Shown: in pieces, positions 40,027-52,168 of the stretch
Position numbering within the stretch: position 1 is the stretch's first letter
How the letters are laid out: every line of letters starts with the position of its first letter
Source of the DNA: Octopus vulgaris
Taxonomy: Eukaryota
Reading direction: 5' to 3'
NCBI GenBank assembly: GCA_951406725.2
Contig: OX597817.1
Span: 146,134,001-146,198,000, forward strand
DNA: 64,000 nt
Notes under the pieces: model-generated
The model's database searches: none
What the model was told of the DNA's origin: nothing
Seen by the model: only the letters and a program-made list of their open reading frames with translations
Made by a program: the position numbers and the translations under genes

Positions 40027-42595
40027 TGTGTGTGTGTGTGTGTGTGTGATGGTTTTACAATATCTTGAAATAAAAATATTGTGAATGAATGAAAACAAAT
40101 GAAATATTCTTTTAAAATGATGAATGAATTTGGTTTGATATACAGTGAATGTTGGACAGTGGCATTGTGTGTTGGAAGCCGTCATAAGCAAAAGTAGGCT
40201 GAGGTCAGAGAATGCTAGGAAAGATATCTTAGTGAGGTATGCAATTTGTGCATAAATTACTTAAGTAAATTTGTTAAACCAATGTCAATAGAGAAAAAAG
40301 AATACTTAAAACCAATAATATATAGATTAGTTTGGCTTTTATATGTATCCTTTTAAAAAAAAATTCTATATATCTATATTTTTTCCCATAATTTATTGAT
40401 TCTTTTGATGTATTTGGAAAACTGAGAGGAAAAACTCTTAAACATCTCATATTCCAGTAACATTTTGTTTTAGGTAAATAGTTTGATATTGATATTTGTA
40501 TCAATTGTAAATGTGTTGTGTTACTATTTTGCTTGTTGAAAACCAGTGAGTTGTGACTATACTGAAGGCACAGCCATTAAATCCCTTAGTCTAATAAAAA
40601 TAATTTCTCTATATGTTCACTAAGAGTTGAGTTTACAAAGAGATCAGGTTTGTTGATAAACAACTGGCTTTATAGCTTTGACTCTCGCCTTATATTTCAA
40701 TATGTAATATTCGGGTCTTGTTCCTCATTTCCAAAACTATGTTCTCATGTTTTGTTGCTTAGTCCCACATCAACCTTGCTTGAGCATATGTACCAGCAAA
40801 AGCCTTCTAGTAATGACCATCATAGTTTTCAAAGCAGTGTATCAAGGACTACTTATATGTTTTCTTTCCTTTCTTTCTTTTTAGCATGAAAGGATGTGTT
40901 ATGTGGGAGACTTGGCTGCTATTTTTAGCAAGTCAAAAAGCTATGTAAATGTTGGCTGGGTAAGTTTACAACATTTATTTTGGTCTAGATCTTTCTTATA
41001 TATCCCATAAATAAATTAGAAAAGAAAGAATGACATTTTCATAAATATTTCTAAATTTAATTTTTCTTCACAATGCTCATATTAAACTACCAATCAATCT
41101 TTGTCTGATATATAGGCCAGTCAAAGAATGGATTGATTTAAATAAAGCTAACGCAATATAAACAACAGCAATGCTTCATGTAAACAAGTTGATTTTCATT
41201 AACTGTAATGATTTTAGATTAAATCAATTGATATAAAGAGTATTAGAAATAATAATAATAATAATGTTAACTGGTTTTTAAGACAAAAGTAGACCAAAGA
41301 TATAACTTAGAGGAATAAGGAATGATGAAAATCACAAGTGGCTGGAAAGTGAGCAAGCAACGCTATAGATTTATGATGATGGAAGCTAACAGAAAAATCA
41401 GGTGTGAAACTACCAACAATACTGAAAAGGTTTTAACACAAATACTCAACAACAGTGAATATTATAAAACAAATTTCTTTCTGAATTTTGTGATTTAACA
41501 ACTTTTTTGCTAAATCACTTCATTCTTTTTGCTAATTTTCACAACACATGTTCTGGTTATTTTATAAATCAATATGGATCTTTTCTCTTCAAAGAAGATA
41601 CACATGACACCTTCAATTTCCAATCACTTCTGAATTCAGTTTATCCTAAATTCCATTATATCTGCTGGATTTCTTTTTACTCCTTTAGAAAATCATTCCA
41701 CCATATGCCCCACCACCACTATCAATTTTCAATATTCCATAGTATTCAGAATATATATCAGTGCAGATGCAGACGAATGAGATGGAAGAGGAACAAGTAC
41801 AGAAGAAATTCACTTTGTGTTTAAATCCACAATTATTATTATAAAAAATAAATGCTATTCTCTGCCACAACCTACAGTTTCTCATGAGTATGCATTTGTT
41901 AGGGCAGTGAAAGGATATATATATACCAAACATCATGTACATATAATTTTAATGATTATGGTAATGGAGTTTTAGAAAGGATTCTATCAAAATACTACAA
42001 GCAAATAAAATATAAACACTCGCAGAAGTGACAAGTGTATTCATAATATTGTTTATCTAGTTAATAATACATAAATTTAGAGAGGAAGTTTGTACAAGCT
42101 AAAAGTAAAAGAAAAACTAGGAGAAAGCAAGTTAAAATAAGCCTACATACAGTATACTACTGTTAGAAATACGTTGCTAGCAAATTACAACCACTGTTGA
42201 CATAATGGAAGATAGAATTTCTTAAGTATAATAAATTTTAGATTAACAAAACTAACTATGTTAACAAGATGTACAAAAATGTGAAATTTGCAAGAAAGAA
42301 TTAAATTTTATTTGGTTTCGTGGAAATGAAAATACAAGATATATACTAACATAACTTAGTGTAAATAAAAAAAAATTTTAAATCATTGATATGTTAAAGA
42401 AAATTCCATTTTTGTACAATTATTTTTAAAATACATGCAGACAACATCAATTCTATATTAAATATGTAATAATATTGACAGACTTATTTTAGACAACTTT
42501 ATATATAACAATGTTCATAAACAACTTGTCTTTTATTCTGTGTCCATAGAAGATGCAGTTTTGCAAACTATTGGTTATATATATATATATATATC

Positions 42596-42705
42596 ACCGT
42601 GACTGACCAGGCTATCAGATGTTGCTACACATCGCTGGTCACAATGCGCTTAACATTGTTTTAGCCTTGAAATGACACCACTCCACTGGCTAAGCGAGCA
42701 GGCCA

Positions 42706-42706
<1 letters not shown>
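42596..42706. mobile_element. SINE/LINE-derived fragment between (TA)n and (TG)n
   Basis: Similar to a more diverged copy at ~8468-8570. Confidence 0.5.
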
Positions 42707-42745
<39 letters not shown>

Positions 42746-44531
42746 TTATTACATCAATAATGCTTCCTCTAAGTGTTTAGAGTTTGAATAAAGGAATTAT
42801 TTTATAAGATATGAAACATCAAAAATGAACTACATTAATCTAAAAAAATCTCATGATAAACTCTAAAGATGAGGCTTAACCAAGAAAACTGTACATCAGT
42901 AATCAAACTAATAAAATTATATTTTGCTCAAAATAGTATTGATGTTATTAATTTGTACTGATTGCATCACTATTGTTTGAATAGCTAATGAGATGATTAT
43001 ACTTGTGATCATTTAGGAAATTGTATAATGAATTATATGATGATAAACTTGTTTTGAAAGATATGAAATGATTTGTATTTGGTAGAACAAAAGCATTATT
43101 TTAATTGAAAGTATTATTTATAAATAAGAGCATTATTGAGATTAAGCCATTTTCCATGCGCTGAAGATATAGACAAATGTCACTATAAGACAACACAATA
43201 TTTGGAGCTGATGGTAAGAGGGATAAAGAAGATATGTCCTTAACAGAATCTAAAACACATACACTATTATATATCACAAATAAAGGCTTCAACATACAAT
43301 ACACAGTCATATAAAACTAATATTCAGTAACATTAACAACTCACTTATAAAAAGAAAGGTCCATCTTCCAGGTATCGCCAATCAAATAATACCATACAAA
43401 ATAACAGCAATTTCATTCTGAAATAAGCATAAAGGGAACACTAAAGCTTTCTCAACAGTAATTGAAGCAAATTGTGAGCATATCTAGATCAATATCCTAT
43501 GTGGGAATAACAGGCAAACTATTAATACCACCATACGGAATTATTTGGAAAAAATATGAAATAATACAAAACAGAACATTTCAGATAATTTTTGGTCACC
43601 AAAGGTGCAAGACAAGGATCTGGAATCATCATTTAAAAGACACTAAAAATCTAAGAATTTGTTCGAAGTCAATGGGTATCAGTGTGGCTTTGAATTCAGT
43701 AATATAAGCTGTGGTTAAATCTTAAAGTGAATCCTTATTAATAGTAAGTGTCTTGATTTATGGCCATCAAATATGAATTTCAGTTATTGCAATAGCTTTT
43801 ACTTGTTTCAGTCACCAGACTGCAGTGCTGCAGGGGCACCTCTATGAAAAATTTTCAATCTAACAAATTGACCCCAGTACCTTTTTATTTCTCTTTTCAA
43901 AGCTTGACACTTATTCTATTGGTCTCTTTTTTCTTTTTCTTTTTGCCAAATCATTAGGTTACAGGGATGCAAACAAACCAACACAAGTTGTCAAACAGTG
44001 GTGGAGGACAAACACACATGCATATATACATAGGCCCTTTCACTTTCTGCCTACCAAATCCACTCACAAGACTTTGGTCATCATGAGGCTAAAAAGGAAG
44101 GTACTTGCCCAAGGTACCACCATGTGGTTGAAAAGCAAACTTCTTACTACACAGCTATGCTTGCACCTAACATTAAAAAAAAAGTCAGGTTCTTTTGTAA
44201 GAAACAGTAAATACTCGGTTATAATAGTATTATTAACCTTCATTTTGTCTTTACAAGGGCAAATCTATTTTTAAACATTAACCCTTCTACCAACAAATAT
44301 AAATCTGAGCATTTAGTGATTCAATAGTTAACATCTTGAAAAGAATAAAATTATGTTAACGCTCTTAAGGTTGATATGCTTGGAGTTACTTCTAAACATT
44401 TTCATTGCTTATGTAATTAAACATTTTCATTGCTTATGTAATGTTTTTCAAATATTCCAACCATTAAAAATGGTTCTACCTATTTAACTACACAATCTGT
44501 TTGTTTTGTTTTGTTTTTTTCTTCTTTTTTC

Positions 44532-44795
44532 TTAGTTATCAGTGACAGAAGCAGCTATTGTAATGAATATTACTTAGCACATCCAACATGTTTTGGATGT
44601 GCTGCATAGAATGCTGCAGACTACAGTCAGCATCCTGAGAAATCATCTTGTGTAGATGGTAAATGCTAAAAAGCAGATATTATATCGGTTGACAAAATTT
44701 CATCAGCACCAGGGGATGGCACTGTTGCCTCACATATTAGGTTGGATGTGCTGATTAATATTTGTTACAAAGCTACTTCTGTTGCTAATAGCTAA
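44532..44795. mobile_element. Old MITE with ~55-bp imperfect TIRs
   Basis: 44532-44587 is the reverse complement of 44741-44795 (core AGCACATCCAAC/GTTGGATGTGCT), with mostly transition mismatches. Confidence 0.65.
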
Positions 44796-46499
44796 TTCAT
44801 ACACAGCCCACCAGCTTTTTGTGACATTGCTGACTGTTTAGTCAGTTAAACTATATCCGTTTGATTGATTTTTCAATCTTAATAAAAGAAGATAAATTTG
44901 CAGCCTTTAGTTGGCCTTCTTACTCTCACATTTTCAATTCTGAAACACATTGATGTTAGAAAATAAGACATTTTCCCAAGTTAACACAAATGACATCTCT
45001 AATAAGGAGTGTTCTGAACACAGAATCCATTCTAGATTCCTCACTCACCATGCAGGTTATAATTTGATAGTATCCCTTACAAATAAATTATATTCACTAG
45101 ACCTCTACCGTAATTATCATTACCAACAACAATACCACTTTAATATCTTTTTTTTTAAACCTCTTGTGCTCTCCCAAGCATATTGCTTTAATTTTGTATG
45201 CCATCTCATGTAATTTTCTCATCACTTTTTGGTAAACAGTGAAGTCTATGCTTCACTGAGAAAGTCTGATAAGAGGGAAATGTGCAGAATACCTTCCTAT
45301 GGATACTAAGTTGTTAAGCTAATGCTGTCTTTTCTTCACTGCATAATTATTTCAAACTGGATTTTCAATACATTAAATGTACTAACAATAATTCATAACC
45401 TGTGTGGCAAAACTTCCTTGTGAGCACAGTGAAGCTCATGAAAGAATGGTAAATACAGGGGAAAGGAGAAGACTGTGGAGGTGCTGAGTATTTAAAGGAA
45501 TTAAGATTTTTCTTGGAAATTATTTAAACCAGGTATAATATTTTTATTTTAAACACAGCTTCAAAAACATAAATAAGAATTTTGTTACATTGACGATCAG
45601 AAACATAACTGATGATGTGCCAAGATCAAATATAATTTCATTACATAAATCCTCATCTTTAGAAAATTCCATGAAAAAACTGACATAGGAATAGGTAACA
45701 TTAATCCACACAAATATCTAAAATGAGGCATGTGCTTGATACGATAATATAAAAAAACACTAAACCATTGAGCAAAATTAATTTTTGCTTGATTAAAATA
45801 ACAAAGAGAAGATGTTTGTAAAATACCATTCAGTCAAAGAGAGACTGGAGCAATTAAAAGTTGAAAAGCATTGTGATAAAACAAGCTTAGCAATTGTTTT
45901 TCATAATGATGACATCTCTGAGCAAATTAACCTCAGTCGTTTATTTTTTAGGTTAAAATTGCATTGCAGTATCAGTGGTGTGTGTATGTGTGTTACTGTG
46001 ACAAGCAGTTTTCACCAAATCTACACAGTAACAATTTACTGTATTTCTGTCTGATGAAATTTTAGGCCACCTTGATATTGACATTTTTCTGTTATTTACT
46101 GTTTTAATTTACTTTTAAAAAGAACACCAGTGAATGGGTGGGTGGGTGAATGAGTGAGAGAATGTATCCTTGTGTTTGTCTTTTGTTGAAGATGATCAAG
46201 ACTCAAGAATGGCTTGTATATTTGGTTTGATCTGGTAGGTAATGTTACACACGTACGCACACAAACACATAGTGATGGGATACATTTAAACACAAGTAAT
46301 TTGGACTGGAACAAGTATGTTTATAATGGAAAGTGTATAATACAAAATCTGTGACCAGCAGTCCTACCATTATGAGGCACCATGTGTATGTGTGTGTGCA
46401 TTTATAGAATCTAGTAATGATGGAACTAGTGGCCACAGTTATATATTAAAATTATAAGTTTAAAAATTTTAAAAGATAAATCATAACAATAACAAAATT

Positions 46500-47400
46500 T
46501 AATAATCAAGTCTACAGTTTGGGTAATGTCAGTGTGCATGCCCGACAGAGTGTAAAAGATTTAAGAGGAAAACTGTATAAGAGGCATCAGATGTTGTGTG
46601 CAAGAGAGAAGGCTGTGCTGGTTTTGTCATGTGATGTATATGGATGAGGACAGTGTGGTAATAATTACTGTTATTATTACTACTCACAGTTATTGCCATC
46701 ATCTTGCCAGCCAGTCAAAAATGAGGCTTTGGAATGATATTTAAACATGGCTAACTCTTGATCAGCAAGGTTCACGACTAAAACAACTAATGACAGATAC
46801 CCTTGTTCTTAGAAGAGTAATGCCTATTTGCACCCAATTATTTTCAGTCTTCTATATTCAACAATCTCACCAGTTTGATAAAGCAGAATTACTACAATTT
46901 ATTCTTCTAAGAACGAGGGTATGGTATATGTCAATTGTTTTAGTCGTGAACCTTGCTGATCAAGAGTTAGCCATGTTTAAATATCATTCCAAAGCCTTGT
47001 TTTCGGCTGGCTGGTGAGATGATGGAAATAACTGTGAGTAGTAATAATAACAGTAATTATTACCACATTCTCCCCTGCTGAAGAATCTGAGTACCACACA
47101 GCGAGTTCATAAAGTTCTTAGTCATTAAAATGTGTGTGTGTGTGTGTGTGTGAGTTGTGAATGTAACTAGGGAATGGCAGGAATAATATAGGGTATTACA
47201 GAATTTTGGATAGTTCACACCTCAACAATCTCACCAGTTCAATAACCAGAATTACTACAGACAGCTGCATAAAGTGCCGAGCTCTAATTGTGGTGGGTAC
47301 CTGTGGAAGGGGTGGACCCAGGAAGACGTGGGACAAAGTGATGAGAAAGGACTGGGAGATGTGGTGATTTGCCATACTTGATAAGATGCATCAAGTAAAA
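46500..47400 (+). mobile_element. RTE-clade LINE 3' fragment split by an LTR-type insertion
   Basis: RRLCWFCHVMYMDED before 46653 continues as DSCIK..CRALIVVGTCGRGGPRKTWDKV after 47260, the typical RTE ORF C-terminus. Confidence 0.75.
46654..47259 (+). mobile_element. Miniature LTR retroelement (TRIM-like) with an internal inversion
   Basis: TGTGGTAAT...ATTACTACA termini and 5-bp TSD GACAG. A 243-bp LTR, an inverted partial second LTR with an adjacent polypurine tract, and a repeated LTR 3' end. Confidence 0.75.
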
Positions 47401-48325
47401 TTGTTTTCTTCTACACAGGCTTGTCCTTTCAGGGTAGGAGCCACTTAAAATGCACCCACACTAGTTTCATTTAAAAAGTACCCGTGCCACTTAAAAAGCA
47501 CCTGTTGCTGGTGCTGCATTAACACACCCATGCCAGGGGCGCATAAAAAGCATCCAACACTTAAGTGGTTGGCATCCATCTGTAGAAACCATGCCACAAC
47601 AGACAGTTGGAGTCTAGACAGCTCCCTGCTACCCAGTTCCATGTCAAACCGTCCAACCCATGCCAGCATGGAGAGTGGAGATTAAATGATGAGGAGATGA
47701 TGATGATGAATACTTGACTCAAGTATTTTACTAGCATACTGTTGCTAATAAATTAAATGAGTCTAACTCCAATATCACCTTTCAGATAAACACATTTTAA
47801 AGTTGGTGTGGAATTTTAAATTTTTTCTTGTAATACACAACTAATTAAATTTATATGCACATTATCAAAAAATATAATGTATGGGCAGTCAATAATTTCA
47901 ATAAATAGGAAATATATAAAATACAAATAATAATTCACAGGGTGCATGCAAAACACCAAGAATCCAGAAAATAATGCAACCACTAATTCTCAATGTCCTC
48001 TGGCAGATTGAAATATGAATATGCTGAGTACTGTTGTATTTCCTCATTAGAGAACGGTGGCAAAAATACAACAGCAATCAGCATGTTTGCATATCCCTTC
48101 ATTCCTTGTCTGCCAGAACAGACTGGGAATGAAGAGATATGTCACTGTGTAGAAAACACTAAGTTATATGACTCTTCTGTGGTTTCTAGGTCTTGCAACC
48201 AACTGTTTGTAGAAAATATGGTAACTTTCTGGTATTGTGATCTTTTGGCAAAGGGATCCATCATCGTTTTCCCCTTCACCTTTGAAATACCAATTTGACC
48301 AGGGTACTGCTTCTTTTAAAACTAT

Positions 48326-48355
48326 TTTCTTCTTCTTCTTCTTCTTCTTCTTCTT
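48326..48355. repeat. (TTC)n microsatellite
   Basis: Directly visible. Many (CA)n, (TA)n and (TAA)n tracts occur elsewhere. Confidence 0.9.
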
Positions 48356-50071
48356 TATTATATTGATGCTTTGGTTACTTGGTTCCATCAAAATAGGCTC
48401 ACTTATCAAGATACTGACTGTTGTGAATTTGTGATTGAAATGTTGACTTGTTCCTTGTCAAAAATCATACCATTTATTTTCTCTTCTTTACAGCACAATC
48501 AACAATGTTATAGAACAATTCTGGAGTGGGAATTTCAGAATTTTTGTTCTCATTAAATTATGTACACTGTCATTATCACTATGGCTTCATTTTAAAAAAA
48601 AATGAATAATCTCCTTTGTGCTCCTGGCATTAGAATTCAAAAACTTAATGAACAAGCTTCTAACAGTCCAGTTGTGAACTGAAATGAACTGTTGGGAACT
48701 GCTATGTATCACAGAATATGATGAAATTTTCTAATAGTTGTAACTCTCACTAATATCTAACAAAATTACTTTAGAGATACAATTGTTCATACTTTTAGTA
48801 TTTTGAAAACTAAAGGTCATTGAGATATGATGCTTTCACTGAAAGAAACTAGAGAACTTAGATATCTACAATACACACATGGTGGACTTAACGACTTTTT
48901 AGGAGAAAAGACTATTCAGATTATTAGCAACAAAATACAAATATAAATTCAGTTTTCATACAACTATTAACTCCTTACTTAATAGCGCTTGATTACAAAT
49001 GACATTTACAGAAACAAAAGGTTCATAGATATTACCACACATATACAATACGAGAATAACCTACAACGAAATTTATCAGTTATAGTGGGATCCCTAATAA
49101 AGCTTGCTAAATAACCTGAAAGTAGTCATTAACAATGCTATTTGATATAAAGCAAAATAGAAATGAAGAGATCTGAAACTGGTTCAGTTTTATATTTCTA
49201 AACCAGTAAAGATTATTTGGGTTTTTAGATTAGTTTCATCAATGTGAATAAGAAAGCATTTGAATTTTTTCGTGGTTTACTTAAAACAAAAATATAAGTC
49301 TGATATTTCTATTTATCTAGCTTGAGTTGTTGATTTGGGAAATTTCAAAATGAATAATTATATATGAAAAATGAGGTTACAGTGAAAACAAAAAATTGCT
49401 TATTGAGTTATCAAGAGCATGGAAATAAGTCAAAATAGAAAATAAAACAGGCACTATAATGAAGACTTATTAGGTACCAATTAATACTTGTAACAAATAT
49501 TTCAAATGGACCTGTTCAAAGTATAAATTTATCCAATGCAAAGTGTTTTCTTTTGTTTCAATAATCAATAACAAACTTTCCCACCAGCCTATATACCATA
49601 TTTACTTGTGTAAAAGTTGCTTACTCACACATATTAGGGGAAAGGCTGGTACAAAACTTTTATAATCAAAATCTACATGAGAGATGAGGCAAAGGCCAAG
49701 GTGCTTTTCAAATTACGCAACATATCTACTGTTAGCTATTAGTGCAATTAGATAAATGAGCTGTCATGTAGAATACAATGACAAAAGAAAATGTAAACAT
49801 GATTATGGAATAGCTGCTATATGCAAAATACATAACCACGAACTATTATAATAGTAAAGAAGTTATTAAAGGAAATTCAATTCTGGCACCAAAGTAGATT
49901 TAAGGTGAAGCATAATTATGAAATTATCTCAATAGCAAAATTATATTTACTTGTGTACAATATAGCATTAACTCAAGCGTAAAGAAGAGGATAAAGTATA
50001 TAACTGATAATTAGATACAAAATATGGCAAAGTCACATTATATTCAAGTAAATATGGTAATTATAACTTAA

Positions 50072-50690
50072 AAACCATCAAAGCCAAGTTCTTCATCATC
50101 AATGATACCAAAGAGTTCCTCATATTCCAGCTGTGTCAGCTTTTTGTCTGCATCCTATAATGGTGGTACTTCCTCTTTTTCATCTTGCAGTTCTTGGCTA
50201 TCTGAAATTCATCTTCAGTCATATCTATCCTTACTATTTGATATTCCTGTCCTCAAGAAACAATCATTTAGGCTGGAATATCATCCTGCACATTCTTTAC
50301 TCAAAATGCTACAAAAGACAAGCTTGGTTTCTTGAGGTTGCCACTTTTAGTCAGTTCTCTTTGATATGCAAACATCCGTGTCATCTACATCTGATGTATC
50401 GTATCCTTCAATACCTTATTCAGTACCACATCCAAAAGTTGCAGCAAACATGTGAGGCCATTTTGTATCATGGTTTGAGCTGTATTCTGTGACTTAAACC
50501 CGCTCTTTTACCTTTTCTGTCTTGAGTGGATGGAAACAGTTTGATCTCTCGACATGGTTTCTTCTTTAGACATTTCCTGATTTTGTTTCATGTTTGGTTG
50601 AGCCACACTACAACTCCATCTTCATCCATCCAGCCCTTGGGAAAATGGTAAACTCCAAACAAAAAAAACATCAGTTTCCAGACCCTCCAT
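50072..50690 (-). mobile_element. pogo/Tigger (POGK-like DDE_1) transposase relic
   Basis: GWMDEDGVVVWL, IQNGLTCLLQLLDVVLNKVLKD, TKSGNLKKPS, GISN and acidic ELF..DDEE..FDGF* C-terminus, with stops. Confidence 0.8.
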
Positions 50691-51937
50691 CCAGTTTCAA
50701 TAGTGAGTATTCAACTAAACTACCAACTCATTGTATAAGTATGTAAGTGACAGAGTATTCCACAAACACAATGTCCATAACATAATTCACATGCCAAATC
50801 AGCAATTTACAGTTTATGTAGTAAGCTTAACCCTTTGAGTAACTGTACCAGTAATCCATTTTTGCCACAGTTCTGTCAATCCAATTTCAATCACAAAGCC
50901 TGGGCTGACACAAGGTTATGGTGGAAAACTTGTTCAAGATGCTGCACAGTGTGAAATGAACTTGATAACCAGTTGGCTGTTTCTGTACCCTGTACATGTG
51001 TGTAATGTAAATATATTAATTTTGGGGTTGTGACTATAAAGGAATTTCAAGAAGTAACAGAACATTTACTGATGGTAGGGCATTCAATATATTTATCATA
51101 AAATCAGTTTTGACTGGGATTTCAAGTTTTGTCTGATAGCTTATTCAATCAACTTGAGCAGCTACGCAAAACTTGAAGTCCAGTCAAAGCTAATTAAACA
51201 GAAAAATGCACAGAAATTTTATGTTGGGCAAAAACTTTTTTTATGAAATGAAATATTACATAGTCACTCGGTTTCACTTGTGCTAATGACTAAGAAGTTA
51301 GTGATGTTTTGTGTGTGTGTTTTACATCCATTTATCTACACATCAAATTTTTATTGGAAGAATTGTCTCTGCAGCTGAATGCTGTTTTTTACTGCTGTCT
51401 ACTCCCAAACAGAGTAGAACGAGTATTCCTCATTTAAGCAAAATTAATGGGGCAGTGTCATGTATCTTGTTCAGGGGCAACATAGTGCCTATGGCAGTAA
51501 GGTTTGTATCAATGATCATGTGATCAGTAGTCCAGTACATTAACTGCACACCTATTGTGTATAGATCGATCTTACACATTTCCTATCCTTTCAGAGTGTA
51601 AACCTGTTAAAATGGATTGTTTTAATTGTTAGTACCAATTAAATGACTGAGATCTACAATAAATGTAGGTAAGTCTATCTTCATTCTCATCTTCATTTCA
51701 ATATTTACGTTTCCACACAAGAATGAATTACATGTAGCCAATCCTCACCTGTTTACAAGTAAAATGACATTTCCATTGTCCTTCAAACACAAACAGCTCA
51801 ACGGCAGACATGCTTTCAAAGAAGATTACAAACAAATGATACTGTTTTTGCATGAACAGTGACATTGTTTACAATCAGTGTGCAAATGCCAAACACAGAG
51901 ACGCAAACAAACACACAAGGGGCTTCTTACAGTTTCT

Positions 51938-52168
51938 CAGTTCTTTATTGCCCACAAGGGGCTAAACATAGAGGGAACAAACACGGACAGACAAAGGAAT
52001 TAAGTCGATTACATTGACCCCAGTGCATAAGTGGTACTTAATTTATCGATCCCGAAAGGATGAAAAGCAAAGTCAACCTCGACGGAATTTGAACTCAGAA
52101 CGCAATGGCAGACGAAATACCGCTAAGCATTTCGCCTGGCATGCTAACGTTTCTGCCAGCTCGCCGCC
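51938..52168 (-). mobile_element. tRNA-derived SINE with a Meta/MESC-like central domain, nested in an older SINE
   Basis: TSD CTTACAGTTTCT (51926-51937 and 52168-52179). A box TGGCAGAAACG, B box GAGTTCAAATTCC, core GCTTTTCATCCTTTCGGGATCGATAAATTAAGTACC. The domain name is from memory. Confidence 0.85.

Noticed and set aside
47993-48556. Cluster of ORFs with poly-K/poly-F
   Set aside because: The runs come from a (TTC)n microsatellite. Frames are interrupted and no domain is recognised; possibly an old TE relic.
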